From: an uncultured Gammaproteobacteria bacterium
Lineage (GTDB): Bacteria > Patescibacteriota > Patescibacteriia > Patescibacteriales > JAGXOH01
DNA length: 61,219 nt
Assembly: GCA_964635515.1 (NCBI GenBank)
Contig: CAZWNU010000003.1
Span: 1-61,219, forward strand
Reading direction: 5' to 3'
Under the pieces are notes generated by a model. The model ran no database searches. It was given only the letters and a program-made list of their open reading frames with translations, and was not told the DNA's origin. Shown here in pieces: positions 30,678 through 39,495 of the stretch. Position 1 is the first letter of the stretch, and each line of letters starts with the position of its first letter. Both the position numbers and the translations under genes were made by a program.

Positions 30678-31403
30678 ATGGCCGAAAATGTTTTTCAAAA
30701 AATGAGTTTTACCCAAAAAATTGTTTATTTTATTCTTTTTGTTTTGCTTGTTCTTTTTATCTTGGTGATGTTTGTTATCAGGCCCAGTATGGCTAGCATA
30801 GAGCAGACTCGGGAGGCGGTAGCTGGCCAGAGCCAGGAGCTAAAAGAAAGGTATCTAAGGGGCATGAATGCCAGAATTATTTCTAGGAATCTTGATGAAA
30901 TAAAAGATGGTCTTGAGGTTCTGGACCAAGTATTTATCAAAAAAGACCGGTATTTGGACCTAATTACTCTTCTTGAGAACTTAGCTGAGGAAAATAATCT
31001 AGAAGAAAGGTTAAGTATTTTGACTGAAAGCTCTGAAGATAGAAATTTTTATCAAGTGGTTCCTGTTAATATGGAGTTGACAGGGAGTTTTAAGGATCAA
31101 CTCTCTTTCCTCTCCGCTCTTAAGGATAAGCCTAGTAGATTCAATATTAACTCCATAAGGATTACCAGTAAGAACCCGGAATCAATTACAGAATTAAGAG
31201 AGAGGAGGATGACTGGGGAAGAGATAGTTCTGTCCGAGCCGGATGTTTTAGACGAGGAGATTCTAGAAGAAGATGATGAGGTGGTCCCGGAGCTTGAAGA
31301 AGAATCGAATCAAGAAGAGGAAGAAGATATTCTTGAGGAGAGCATTATTCCGGAACAAGAAGTATCTTTAATGATATTCAGTGAGGTCTATTGGTTAAAA
31401 TAG
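30678..31403 (+). CDS. pilO: PilO-like protein with acidic insertion
   Basis: One TM, coiled coil, VPVNMELTGSFKDQLSFL; position after pilN. Confidence 0.75.
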   Translation: MAENVFQKMSFTQKIVYFILFVLLVLFILVMFVIRPSMASIEQTREAVAGQSQELKERYLRGMNARIISRNLDEIKDGLEVLDQVFIKKDRYLDLITLLENLAEENNLEERLSILTESSEDRNFYQVVPVNMELTGSFKDQLSFLSALKDKPSRFNINSIRITSKNPESITELRERRMTGEEIVLSEPDVLDEEILEEDDEVVPELEEESNQEEEEDILEESIIPEQEVSLMIFSEVYWLK

Positions 31404-31409
31404 AAATTT

Positions 31410-31685
31410 ATGATGGATATTAAAGATTTTAAAACTCAAAAAAGGATAATTTTCTTCTTTTTGTTAATAGTGGTTCTCTTTTCTTTGTCTTTTTCTTCCT
31501 GGTTTTTGTATGACAATTTTTATCAAACCACCACCTGGAAGGATGATTTGGGATCTAGTTTTGATAGTAAGCCTGCTATTCAGAGTGTTAATTTAAACAA
31601 AATGAGAGAGTTGATAGATTCAGATCAACAAAAGACACCCACAAGTACCCGGGAAGACTTGGATATTGATATCAATTTCAGATAA
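31410..31685 (+). CDS. small bitopic membrane protein in the PilP position
   Basis: One N-terminal TM, 91 aa, last gene of the pilMNO run. Confidence 0.55.
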   Translation: MMDIKDFKTQKRIIFFFLLIVVLFSLSFSSWFLYDNFYQTTTWKDDLGSSFDSKPAIQSVNLNKMRELIDSDQQKTPTSTREDLDIDINFR

Positions 31686-32826
31686 GGAAGATCAATTTTC
31701 GACAATATTCTCTTTTGTCCGGGGTTTTTAACTCTTGTTTTTTTCTCTCAGCTCGCTTTCTGTAATAATCATAATTATTCTTTATTTCCTTCATTTTGAT
31801 TATTAAATCTTTTTTGTCTTCAGGAATGAACAGTTCGACCATTCCTTTCTGAGATAATTCCGGTATTCCTCCCAGATCCGAGGCCAAAACGGGCAATCCG
31901 GCTTGAATGGCCTCGTAAATCACAGTCGGAGAGTTTTCGTAACAAAGAGAGGGCACGATCAAGCAGTCCGCTTTTCTCATCAACTCTTCCACTCCTTCTT
32001 TGTCTTTGCTTCCTAGGAAAAATACTCGGTCTCTAGAAGCAGATTCTTTTAGGTCTTCCTCCTCAGAGCCTCGTCCTATCACAATCAGTCTGCTTTTGGG
32101 AAGCGGATCTTTTTCAAAGGCGGAAATTAGGAAATCGATTCCCTTGTGTTTTTCCAATTGGCCTACGTATAAAAAATTAAAAAAGTCACCCTCCTTTTTA
32201 ATGCTCGACTTGGTTTTTTTGTTCGGCAGAGGGTTGCGAATTGTTTTTTTAAGCGAGTCAGGAAAGAATCTTCTTTCCTTATGAAGATCAAGGAGCCAGT
32301 GGGAAGGCGATATTACCAGATCAGGAGAACGCCAAAGTAGTCTTCCTATTCGTATATATAGCTTAGTCAGCCCGGAGGAGAGTATTTTTTCTTGACCTTT
32401 AATGATCAGGCCGCTGGGATGGAGGAGTTGAATATCATGAAGAGTATGAATATGTTTTATCCTCTTTTTCCTTAAAGCCTTGGCTGTAAGCCCTCCTATT
32501 CCTTTCAAATTATGAGTTATTACCAAATCCGGATTTTCTTTTTTTAGAATTTTTTTTAAAGCTATGTAGTTTTTCCAGTTGACAAGATCCCAGACATGCC
32601 AAAACAGACGAAGGGGTTTTGGGATTTTATCCAGATGATAATAGAGAGAAGAGAGGTGGTAAATATCTTGCTCTGCCTCAATTTTTTCTCCAGAGGGTGG
32701 TTTGCTCGTAATTATGGTCACTTCATGCCCTTCTTCGCGAAAACCTTGAGCTGTTAATTCCACTATTTTTTCAGCACCTCCTTTTTGATAAGGAGGATAA
32801 AGATTGTTGATCAAGATGATCTTCAT
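31678..32826 (-). CDS. GT4 family glycosyltransferase
   Basis: YPPYQKGGAE, YVGQLEKHKGI, PSLCYENSPTVIYEA, SDLGGIPE. Confidence 0.92.
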   Translation of the reverse strand: MKIILINNLYPPYQKGGAEKIVELTAQGFREEGHEVTIITSKPPSGEKIEAEQDIYHLSSLYYHLDKIPKPLRLFWHVWDLVNWKNYIALKKILKKENPDLVITHNLKGIGGLTAKALRKKRIKHIHTLHDIQLLHPSGLIIKGQEKILSSGLTKLYIRIGRLLWRSPDLVISPSHWLLDLHKERRFFPDSLKKTIRNPLPNKKTKSSIKKEGDFFNFLYVGQLEKHKGIDFLISAFEKDPLPKSRLIVIGRGSEEEDLKESASRDRVFFLGSKDKEGVEELMRKADCLIVPSLCYENSPTVIYEAIQAGLPVLASDLGGIPELSQKGMVELFIPEDKKDLIIKMKEIKNNYDYYRKRAERKKQELKTPDKREYCRKLIFLI

Positions 32827-32830
32827 AGCC

Positions 32831-33943
32831 TTATTTTTCCAAGATTTGATTTAGCCTTTGTCTCATTGTGCTTAGGGAGTACTCTGCCTCCGCCTTCTTT
32901 CTAGCTGCCACTCCCATTTTTTCTCTCCTAGCTGGGTCTCTTAAAAGTAAACCTATTTTATTGGCCAAGCTTTCAACCTCTCCGGTTTTGGCCAGATATC
33001 CTTCTTTTTGATTTTCAAAAACTTTCCTTACACCTGGCAGGTCGGATGCTACCACCGGCAGACCGCAGGCCATAGCTTCAATTAAAACTATTCCAAAAGC
33101 TTCACTGCTGTCGGTCGAGGGCAGGACAAAGATTTCACTCTCTCGGTAAATTTGAATTAATTTTTTTCTATCCAATTTGCCCAAGAAGCTAACTTTTTCT
33201 TCCAGGCCCAGTTTTTTCGTTTTCCTTTGATAAAAGGGTTTTAAATCGCCTTCTCCCACAATATTGATATGCCAATCATTCTCTTCCAGATGAGCGGCCG
33301 CTTCCAGAAGTTTATCTACTCCTTTGAAATAATGAGCAGTGTCCAGCCCCCCGACAAACAATATTGAGGTTCGGGAGTTTTGGGAGGAGCGGGAAGGGGA
33401 GAATTCTTCAGTGTCTACCCCAAAGGGAACCTCAAAGAATTTAGAAGAATTTTTTTGATAAAAGTTTTTCATCTGTCCGTTTTTAATGTAGTCAATACTT
33501 GAGACTATAATAGCATCGGCTTTTTTAAAAAGGCTCTTAGAGACCAGTTTGCTAGGAAAGCTTAAAATTTTAGCTGTTCTGCTTAGTCCTAAAGTATCCA
33601 TATGATAATGGATCACCAGTTTTTTTTGTCTTAACATAGTTGATTTCAGTAACCAGATTATCTCAGAGGTTCCGAAAAAGGGATAGTGAAGATAAAGGCA
33701 ATCAAATTTTTGCAGTTTCCAGATAAGTTGAATTAAAACAGCCCCGTTTCCGTATTTCAAACAGGGCCTTAAGGGTATCAGTTTTTGTTTGTCAGTATTT
33801 TTTTTCTCTTCTTTTTTTCGATATTGAGGAAAGAATGTATTCACCTCGTGTTTGGGGGTGAGGAGTTCTCCGATGTTGTGGGCGCTGTTGCCTATGCCCC
33901 CGGCATAGGGCGGGAAAGTGCAAACTATTTGTGCTATTCTCAT
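32831..33943 (-). CDS. GT4 family glycosyltransferase
   Basis: FPPYAGGIG, FVGGLD..HYFKGVD, PSTDSSEAFGIVLIEAMACG. Confidence 0.92.
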   Translation of the reverse strand: MRIAQIVCTFPPYAGGIGNSAHNIGELLTPKHEVNTFFPQYRKKEEKKNTDKQKLIPLRPCLKYGNGAVLIQLIWKLQKFDCLYLHYPFFGTSEIIWLLKSTMLRQKKLVIHYHMDTLGLSRTAKILSFPSKLVSKSLFKKADAIIVSSIDYIKNGQMKNFYQKNSSKFFEVPFGVDTEEFSPSRSSQNSRTSILFVGGLDTAHYFKGVDKLLEAAAHLEENDWHINIVGEGDLKPFYQRKTKKLGLEEKVSFLGKLDRKKLIQIYRESEIFVLPSTDSSEAFGIVLIEAMACGLPVVASDLPGVRKVFENQKEGYLAKTGEVESLANKIGLLLRDPARREKMGVAARKKAEAEYSLSTMRQRLNQILEK

Positions 33944-33998
33944 AGAAAAATTTTATCAAGAATTTACTTTAGTACAAGTGATCGTTTCAGTTTATACT

Positions 33999-34421
33999 TT
34001 AAAGCTCCTCTTTGTCAAATAGGCTTTTCTGCAATAGATAGACCATGATAAAGGCGAGTGAAGCTTGAAGGATGTCGGTTATGGATACATACCTTTGGGT
34101 TATAAGGGGTATGATCAGTATGATAATAGGCAGAGAAAAGGTTACTATATCACTCTTTAATTTATCCTCATATCTCAATTGGAGAGTTATGTCTAAACCC
34201 TCCTCTCTGGCCCTTCTTTTCTTTACCTTCCTGGTCATCTTAGTCTTTATCACAAAGATTAATCCAAAAAAAGATAAGGGGGCGAGAGATAAGATAATTT
34301 CCTTGAATCTGTCGAACTGATCCCAAAGGATGAAAAAAAATATACAAAAAATTATCAAAAGGACCAAAAAAACAAAGTTTAAAAACTCCACCACCATGTC
34401 TGTGGGTTTCATTTCTTTCAT
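33999..34421 (-). CDS. uncharacterised 4-TM membrane protein (one LKS...QA...LQKSL module)
   Basis: Hydrophobic segments; clearly similar to the adjacent 191-aa protein. Confidence 0.7.
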   Translation of the reverse strand: MKEMKPTDMVVEFLNFVFLVLLIIFCIFFFILWDQFDRFKEIILSLAPLSFFGLIFVIKTKMTRKVKKRRAREEGLDITLQLRYEDKLKSDIVTFSLPIIILIIPLITQRYVSITDILQASLAFIMVYLLQKSLFDKEEL

Positions 34422-34436
34422 ATTTTTTTGTTAATA

Positions 34437-35012
34437 TTATTTATCAAATAGGTTTTTTTGTAAGAAATAGACCACTACCAGGAAGAGAAGGGCCTGTATC
34501 AGGTTGCCGGTGTTGATTCCCTTGTTGATGAAGGCGGGGATCAACAAGATGACAATAGGGGTAAAGGAGGTTATAAATTCGCTTTTTAGTCTATTATTAG
34601 AGGTCAATTCCATAGTGATATCTCCCTCGTTGTCATTTATTAAGCTTTTTTGCAGAAAAAATACAGAAATAAAGACCACCAAGGCTTGAATAATTCCACT
34701 TAAACTAAGGCCGGCTTCTGTAAAAAGGGATATTCCCAGGGTAATAAGTGGTAAAAAGATTATTACCAAGTTGCTTTTAAGTTTATCGGATTTGTCCAGA
34801 TTCAGGACAGTATCCCTATCTTCTTCCATGCTTGTTATTTCATCCTCGTCTCCTTTAAAGAAGTTGGTCATTCTGGCAGCAAAAAAGACCATAAATAGAG
34901 CGACAGGAGCCGCTATTTGCAAAAAACCCTTAATAACATCCAGATAACTATAAAGGATGAAAAGAACGAAACAGACAATTAAAAAGTAATCTTTAGCTCT
35001 ACCTCCAAGCAT
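34437..35012 (-). CDS. uncharacterised 6-TM membrane protein (two LKS...QA...LQK modules)
   Basis: Internal duplication DKLKS..QALVV..LQKSL and NRLKS..QALLF..LQKNL. Confidence 0.7.
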   Translation of the reverse strand: MLGGRAKDYFLIVCFVLFILYSYLDVIKGFLQIAAPVALFMVFFAARMTNFFKGDEDEITSMEEDRDTVLNLDKSDKLKSNLVIIFLPLITLGISLFTEAGLSLSGIIQALVVFISVFFLQKSLINDNEGDITMELTSNNRLKSEFITSFTPIVILLIPAFINKGINTGNLIQALLFLVVVYFLQKNLFDK

Positions 35013-35029
35013 TTTTTTATTGTTAATTA

Positions 35030-35362
35030 TTATTTATTATCTTTATTTTTTATGGCTATCCCCCTGACAATATTGGTTATATCTTTCTCTATTTTAGCCA
35101 ATTTTATTCTTATTTTAAATATTAAGTAAAAAAGGACCACTACAGCCAGATAGATTAAAACTTCTATACCAGATCCGGAAAAACCAAGTCCGGCCACTAG
35201 GTTATCAATTTGTTTTATGAATATAATAGCAAAACCGGCTATTAACCAGAAGATCAGCCAAAAAACAAACTCTCCGGCTTTGATCTGCCCCTTCTGTTTT
35301 TGCCAGAAGAGTCGGGCCAAGAAAAAAGAAACTATTATTAAGGCTATTACTTGTTGAATCAT
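35030..35362 (-). CDS. DUF2304 family membrane protein
   Basis: FVFWLIFW, LVAGLGFSGSGIEVLIY, LAKIEKDITNIVRGIAI; adjacent to a GT2. Confidence 0.85.
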   Translation of the reverse strand: MIQQVIALIIVSFFLARLFWQKQKGQIKAGEFVFWLIFWLIAGFAIIFIKQIDNLVAGLGFSGSGIEVLIYLAVVVLFYLIFKIRIKLAKIEKDITNIVRGIAIKNKDNK

Positions 35363-35437
35363 ATTTTTTAGGATTTCCGGGTTCTTGAAAATCCGAATTA
35401 AAAGAAGTCTCTCAAGGTCTGTGAATTTTTAGAGTGA

Positions 35438-36103
35438 TTAATCGGTGATTTTAGCCAGGAGTAGGTCTTTTATTATTCTAATTCCTCCCCCGAAACTTTG
35501 ACCATAATCGTTATATATAACCATTATGGGAACTTCTTTGAACCTCAATTTATTCTTAAAAGTTTTATACATAATCTCGCTGCAGTGGGCCATTCCGTTT
35601 TGTTCCACTTTTATCAAGGGAGCCGTTTCTTTAGAAAAAGCTCGAAAACCGCTCTGGGGATCTGTCAGGTCGACTTTGAGTAAATGTTTGTTTACTATTC
35701 GGGCCAAGGGAAAGATCACATTTTTTTTCTGCCAAGGTATATCCGATTTTTTCTCCAAAAATCTGGAGCCAAAAACAATATCAACTTCTTTTTCCTTAAG
35801 GGGCTTTAGAACGTCTTTTATTTCTTCCGGTTTGAACTGTCCGTCAGCGTCAAAATGGACTATTATATCAGCGCCCTTTTCAAGGCAGTATTGATTGCCT
35901 GTTTCCAAGGCCGCTCCCTGCCCTTGGTTTATTAAGTGATTTAAAACCGTCACTCCATGTTTTCCAGCTTCTAGTCGTGTATTATCCCTGGAGCCGTCAT
36001 TGACCACCACTATCTCATCTACCCAGGGTTGGACCCGGGGCAGCACTTGACCTATGTTCTTTTCTTCATTCCAGGCCGGAATTACACAGAATACTTTTTC
36101 CAT
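35438..36103 (-). CDS. GT2 polyprenyl-phosphate glycosyltransferase (DPM1/PpgS-like)
   Basis: VIPAWNEE, VVNDGSRD, HLINQGQGAAL, HFDADGQF, GSRF, TDPQSGFRA. Confidence 0.9.
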   Translation of the reverse strand: MEKVFCVIPAWNEEKNIGQVLPRVQPWVDEIVVVNDGSRDNTRLEAGKHGVTVLNHLINQGQGAALETGNQYCLEKGADIIVHFDADGQFKPEEIKDVLKPLKEKEVDIVFGSRFLEKKSDIPWQKKNVIFPLARIVNKHLLKVDLTDPQSGFRAFSKETAPLIKVEQNGMAHCSEIMYKTFKNKLRFKEVPIMVIYNDYGQSFGGGIRIIKDLLLAKITD

Positions 36104-36104
36104 A

Positions 36105-37838
36105 TTATTTTTGGGTTACCCTTATTATCTCATCAATTGTAGTGACTCCCTTCCTCGCTTTAATTAAGCCGTCTTCGGTCATGGTAACCAGACCGTCCTG
36201 TCGTGCCTGTTTCTTAAGTTTTTCCTCACTAGCTTGTTCTAGGATAAGATTGGCCAGTTTGCTAGTGTTCTCCAATACCTCGTAAACCCCGATTCTTCCC
36301 TTGTAGCCCGTGTGGCCGCATTTTTCACAACCCCGACCCTTGTAAAAAAGCACATCCTCCAGTTTCTTTTCCCCTTCCGAGATCATATTTTTATCCCTCA
36401 GGCTCTCTATTATTTCTTTGGTGTTGAATTGTTTATCCAGTTCCTCAGAGGCCTTCTTAGACAGGTTGTAACTTTGGATGCAATTAAAGCATATTTTTCT
36501 GACCAGGCCTTGTGCTATGATAAGGTTGATTGTTCCGGATATTAAATAGGAGGCAATTCCCATATTACTTAGTCTGGATATAGTTGAAATGGTATCATTG
36601 GTGTGTAAAGTAGACAAGACCAGGTGTCCGGTCAGGGCGGCGTGGGTTGCTATTTCAGCGGTCTCTTTGTCCCTGATTTCCCCCACCATTATAATATCAG
36701 GGTCTTGGCGCAAGAAGGACCTGAGGCCCTTGGCAAAAGTAAATCCTATTTTGGGGTTGACCTGGGATTGGTTGATTCTGGGAATGCTATACTCTATCGG
36801 ATCCTCAATAGTAGAGATATTAACTTCCGGTTTGTTCAATATATCGAGAATAGTGTATAGGGTAGTGGTTTTACCAGAACCGGTCGGTCCGGTAACCAAT
36901 ATTTTTCCATGAGGTTTTTTAATGTTCCTTTTTATTTTTTCCAGACTTTCTTCTTGAAGGCCCAATTCTTCAAGATTCAATATTCTGCCTCCTTCGTTAA
37001 GAAGTCTCATTACTATCTTTTCTCCGTAAAAGGTAGGGATAATGGAGACTCGAAAAGACATTTTGTATTTACTGCTGTGAGCTTTGAATCTGCCGTCCTG
37101 AGGCATTCTGTGTTCATCTATTTTTAGATTAGCCAGAATTTTTATTCTGGCCACTATTCCATTCTCCAGAGATTTGTTTAAGGTCATTACATCATGGAGT
37201 ATTCCATCGATTCGGTAGCGAACGATTATTTTCTTTTCTTCCGGTTCAATATGCACATCACTGGCTTCTTGATAAATAGCATGTTCTATTATTTTGTCTA
37301 CCAACTTAATAGTAGACACTTCTTCGGCTTCATTTTTCAGGGCTTTGTTTAAATTTTTAACTCCTTCGCCTTCGCCATCCTTTGCTTCAGCAGGGAGTTC
37401 TTGTTTTAATTCTTTATGGTATTTTTTTAAGTAAGTATCTATGTTTTCCGGAGTGGTAACATAAATTTCAGGTTTTAGGCCGGTCTTTTTTTTAATGAAA
37501 TCAAAGATTTCCATTTGATCCGGCTTGGTAGTGGCTATTTTAATAGCTTTTTTGTTTTTGTCAAAAGCAATCAGGCGGTGGACAGAGGCTATTTTTTCCG
37601 GCAGGGTCATTAAAGCTTCTTTTTTGACATTTTTTTCCTCTAGGTCTGTGAATTTCAGATTATAATGTTGAGCCAACAGTTTATAAAAAGGGCCGGAAGA
37701 TATTATGTTTTTTTCCAAAAGGTATTGGGTAAAGTTCTTCCTACTCTTTTGGGCCTCTTTTTCATATTTATCCAACTGCTCTTCACTGAGTATTTGGTTT
37801 TTGATTAAGATATTTTTGATTTTCCCAGTCTTTTCCAT
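36105..37838 (-). CDS. pilB: type IV pilus extension ATPase PilB/GspE
   Basis: ASDVHIEP, RYRIDG, PQDGR, GPTGSGKTTT, TIEDPIEY, LRQDPDIIMVGEIRD, tetracysteine CFNC..CEKC, YKGRIGVYE. Confidence 0.95.
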   Translation of the reverse strand: MEKTGKIKNILIKNQILSEEQLDKYEKEAQKSRKNFTQYLLEKNIISSGPFYKLLAQHYNLKFTDLEEKNVKKEALMTLPEKIASVHRLIAFDKNKKAIKIATTKPDQMEIFDFIKKKTGLKPEIYVTTPENIDTYLKKYHKELKQELPAEAKDGEGEGVKNLNKALKNEAEEVSTIKLVDKIIEHAIYQEASDVHIEPEEKKIIVRYRIDGILHDVMTLNKSLENGIVARIKILANLKIDEHRMPQDGRFKAHSSKYKMSFRVSIIPTFYGEKIVMRLLNEGGRILNLEELGLQEESLEKIKRNIKKPHGKILVTGPTGSGKTTTLYTILDILNKPEVNISTIEDPIEYSIPRINQSQVNPKIGFTFAKGLRSFLRQDPDIIMVGEIRDKETAEIATHAALTGHLVLSTLHTNDTISTISRLSNMGIASYLISGTINLIIAQGLVRKICFNCIQSYNLSKKASEELDKQFNTKEIIESLRDKNMISEGEKKLEDVLFYKGRGCEKCGHTGYKGRIGVYEVLENTSKLANLILEQASEEKLKKQARQDGLVTMTEDGLIKARKGVTTIDEIIRVTQK

Positions 37839-37890
37839 AAAATACGCTAAAAGTATTAATTTTATTTATTATACCACACTCCAAAAACCT

Positions 37891-37918
37891 TTGACAATTT
37901 GAAAAAGGGGAATATAGT
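37891..37918 (+). promoter_or_regulatory. sigma70-type promoter for the mraY-ftsW-murG-murC cluster
   Basis: TTGACA, 16 nt, TATAGT. Confidence 0.6.
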
Positions 37919-37982
37919 ATTTGTCATGTTTTAAATTTTCAGGCAATATGATAAAGTAAAAAGTAAATTAGAGTATCTTTTT

Positions 37983-38402
37983 ATGATTAACCTTTCCAAG
38001 TTTTATCATTGTTTTTATTTAGGCAAAGAGAGAGTCGGTAGGATTTTGATGGATGTTTTTTTTCAAGACCTGTCTATAAAGATTTATTCTTTAGCAATTA
38101 TTTGCTTGAATCTACTCACCTGGTTGGCGGTTATCCTTTTGGTCAGAAGGGCCGGGGATGATCTTTTGGTCCTGCATTACAGCGTTGATTTCGGTGTTGA
38201 TCTGGTGGGAGACCCTTCTCGCTTGTATATGATCCCGGTTTTGGGAATGGTGGTCTTTTTGAGCAATGTATCGCTTTTGTTCATTCTATATCGATATGAT
38301 AATTTCAAATTCTTTTCTCACCTGCTTTTAGCTGTAGCCACGCTAGTAAATTTGTTTCTATTAATATCTTTGGGACCCATTTATTTATTTAATTTCAGTT
38401 AA
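37983..38402 (+). CDS. hypothetical 3-TM membrane protein upstream of mraY
   Basis: Three hydrophobic segments and LHYSVDFGVDLVG; 2-nt gap to mraY. Confidence 0.7.
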   Translation: MINLSKFYHCFYLGKERVGRILMDVFFQDLSIKIYSLAIICLNLLTWLAVILLVRRAGDDLLVLHYSVDFGVDLVGDPSRLYMIPVLGMVVFLSNVSLLFILYRYDNFKFFSHLLLAVATLVNLFLLISLGPIYLFNFS

Positions 38403-38404
38403 GT

Positions 38405-39460
38405 ATGGAAATTTTCTACATTATCAAAATTCTCCTATTGGCCATTACCGCCTTTATCTTCACTGTTGCCTGGACGCCCATCCTTACTCATTTTCTCTAT
38501 AAGTATAAATTAGGTAAGAAGATCAGAAATAATGGTCAAACCCCGGTTTTTACTAAGCTGCATGCCCACAAGGAGGGCACTCCGACCATGGGAGGGGTGC
38601 TTATCTGGGTAACCGCTCTTATCTTTATCCTGTTTTTCTATTATTTGGCCAGATTTTTTCCAGAGCAAGAGATCCTGCAGCATTTTAATTTTCTTTCAAG
38701 GAAAGAAACACTGCTTCCCTTAGGGGTTTTAGTGGCCACTGCTTTAGTGGGCCTATTTGACGATTGGCTGGATGTGCGGGGCAGAGGCGGATCTAAGACC
38801 GGTGGTCTGGGAATGAAGCATCGATTTTTGATCTATACCGCTATTGCCTGTATCGGCGCTTGGTGGTTTTATTTTAAATTGAATTGGACCGTTTTGGCAG
38901 TTCCTTTTTTAGGTACTTTTGAGATATCTTGGTGGTATATTCCTTTTTTCATTTTTGTGATAGTGGGAACAGCTTTTTCCGTTAATGAGACCGACGGCTT
39001 GGACGGATTAGCTGGAGGCAATCTTTTGACCGCCTTTAGTACTTTTACTGCCATCTCCTTTGTTTTGGGAAGATATGATCTGGCCGCCTTTTGCGCTGTT
39101 ATAACAGGGGCTTTACTGGCCTTTCTGTGGTTTAATATTCCTCCCGCCCGTTTTTACATGGGTGATACCGGGGCAATGAGCCTAGGAATTACTTTAGGGG
39201 TTATAGCTCTGCTTACCAATACCGCCCTGCTCTTGCCGATCATAGGTTTTGTTTTTGTTTTAGAATCTCTGTCTGTTATCCTTCAAGTTGCCTCCAAGAA
39301 GTTGCGTCAGGGAAAGAAGCTTTTTATATCAGCTCCCTTTCATCATCATTTGCAAGCCAGGGGTTGGGGAGAGCCTAAAATAGTAATGCGTCTTTGGGTT
39401 ATTGCCGGTATGAGTTCTGTTTTAGGTTTAATTATATTTCTATTAGACAGATTCCTTTAA
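38405..39460 (+). CDS. mraY: phospho-N-acetylmuramoyl-pentapeptide transferase
   Basis: KEGTPTMGG, GLFDD, NETDGLDGLA, FNIPPARFYMGDTG, APFHHHLQ. Confidence 0.97.
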   Translation: MEIFYIIKILLLAITAFIFTVAWTPILTHFLYKYKLGKKIRNNGQTPVFTKLHAHKEGTPTMGGVLIWVTALIFILFFYYLARFFPEQEILQHFNFLSRKETLLPLGVLVATALVGLFDDWLDVRGRGGSKTGGLGMKHRFLIYTAIACIGAWWFYFKLNWTVLAVPFLGTFEISWWYIPFFIFVIVGTAFSVNETDGLDGLAGGNLLTAFSTFTAISFVLGRYDLAAFCAVITGALLAFLWFNIPPARFYMGDTGAMSLGITLGVIALLTNTALLLPIIGFVFVLESLSVILQVASKKLRQGKKLFISAPFHHHLQARGWGEPKIVMRLWVIAGMSSVLGLIIFLLDRFL

Positions 39461-39495
39461 GTCTTATCGGAAACATCTTGTCAATTTAGGAAAAA

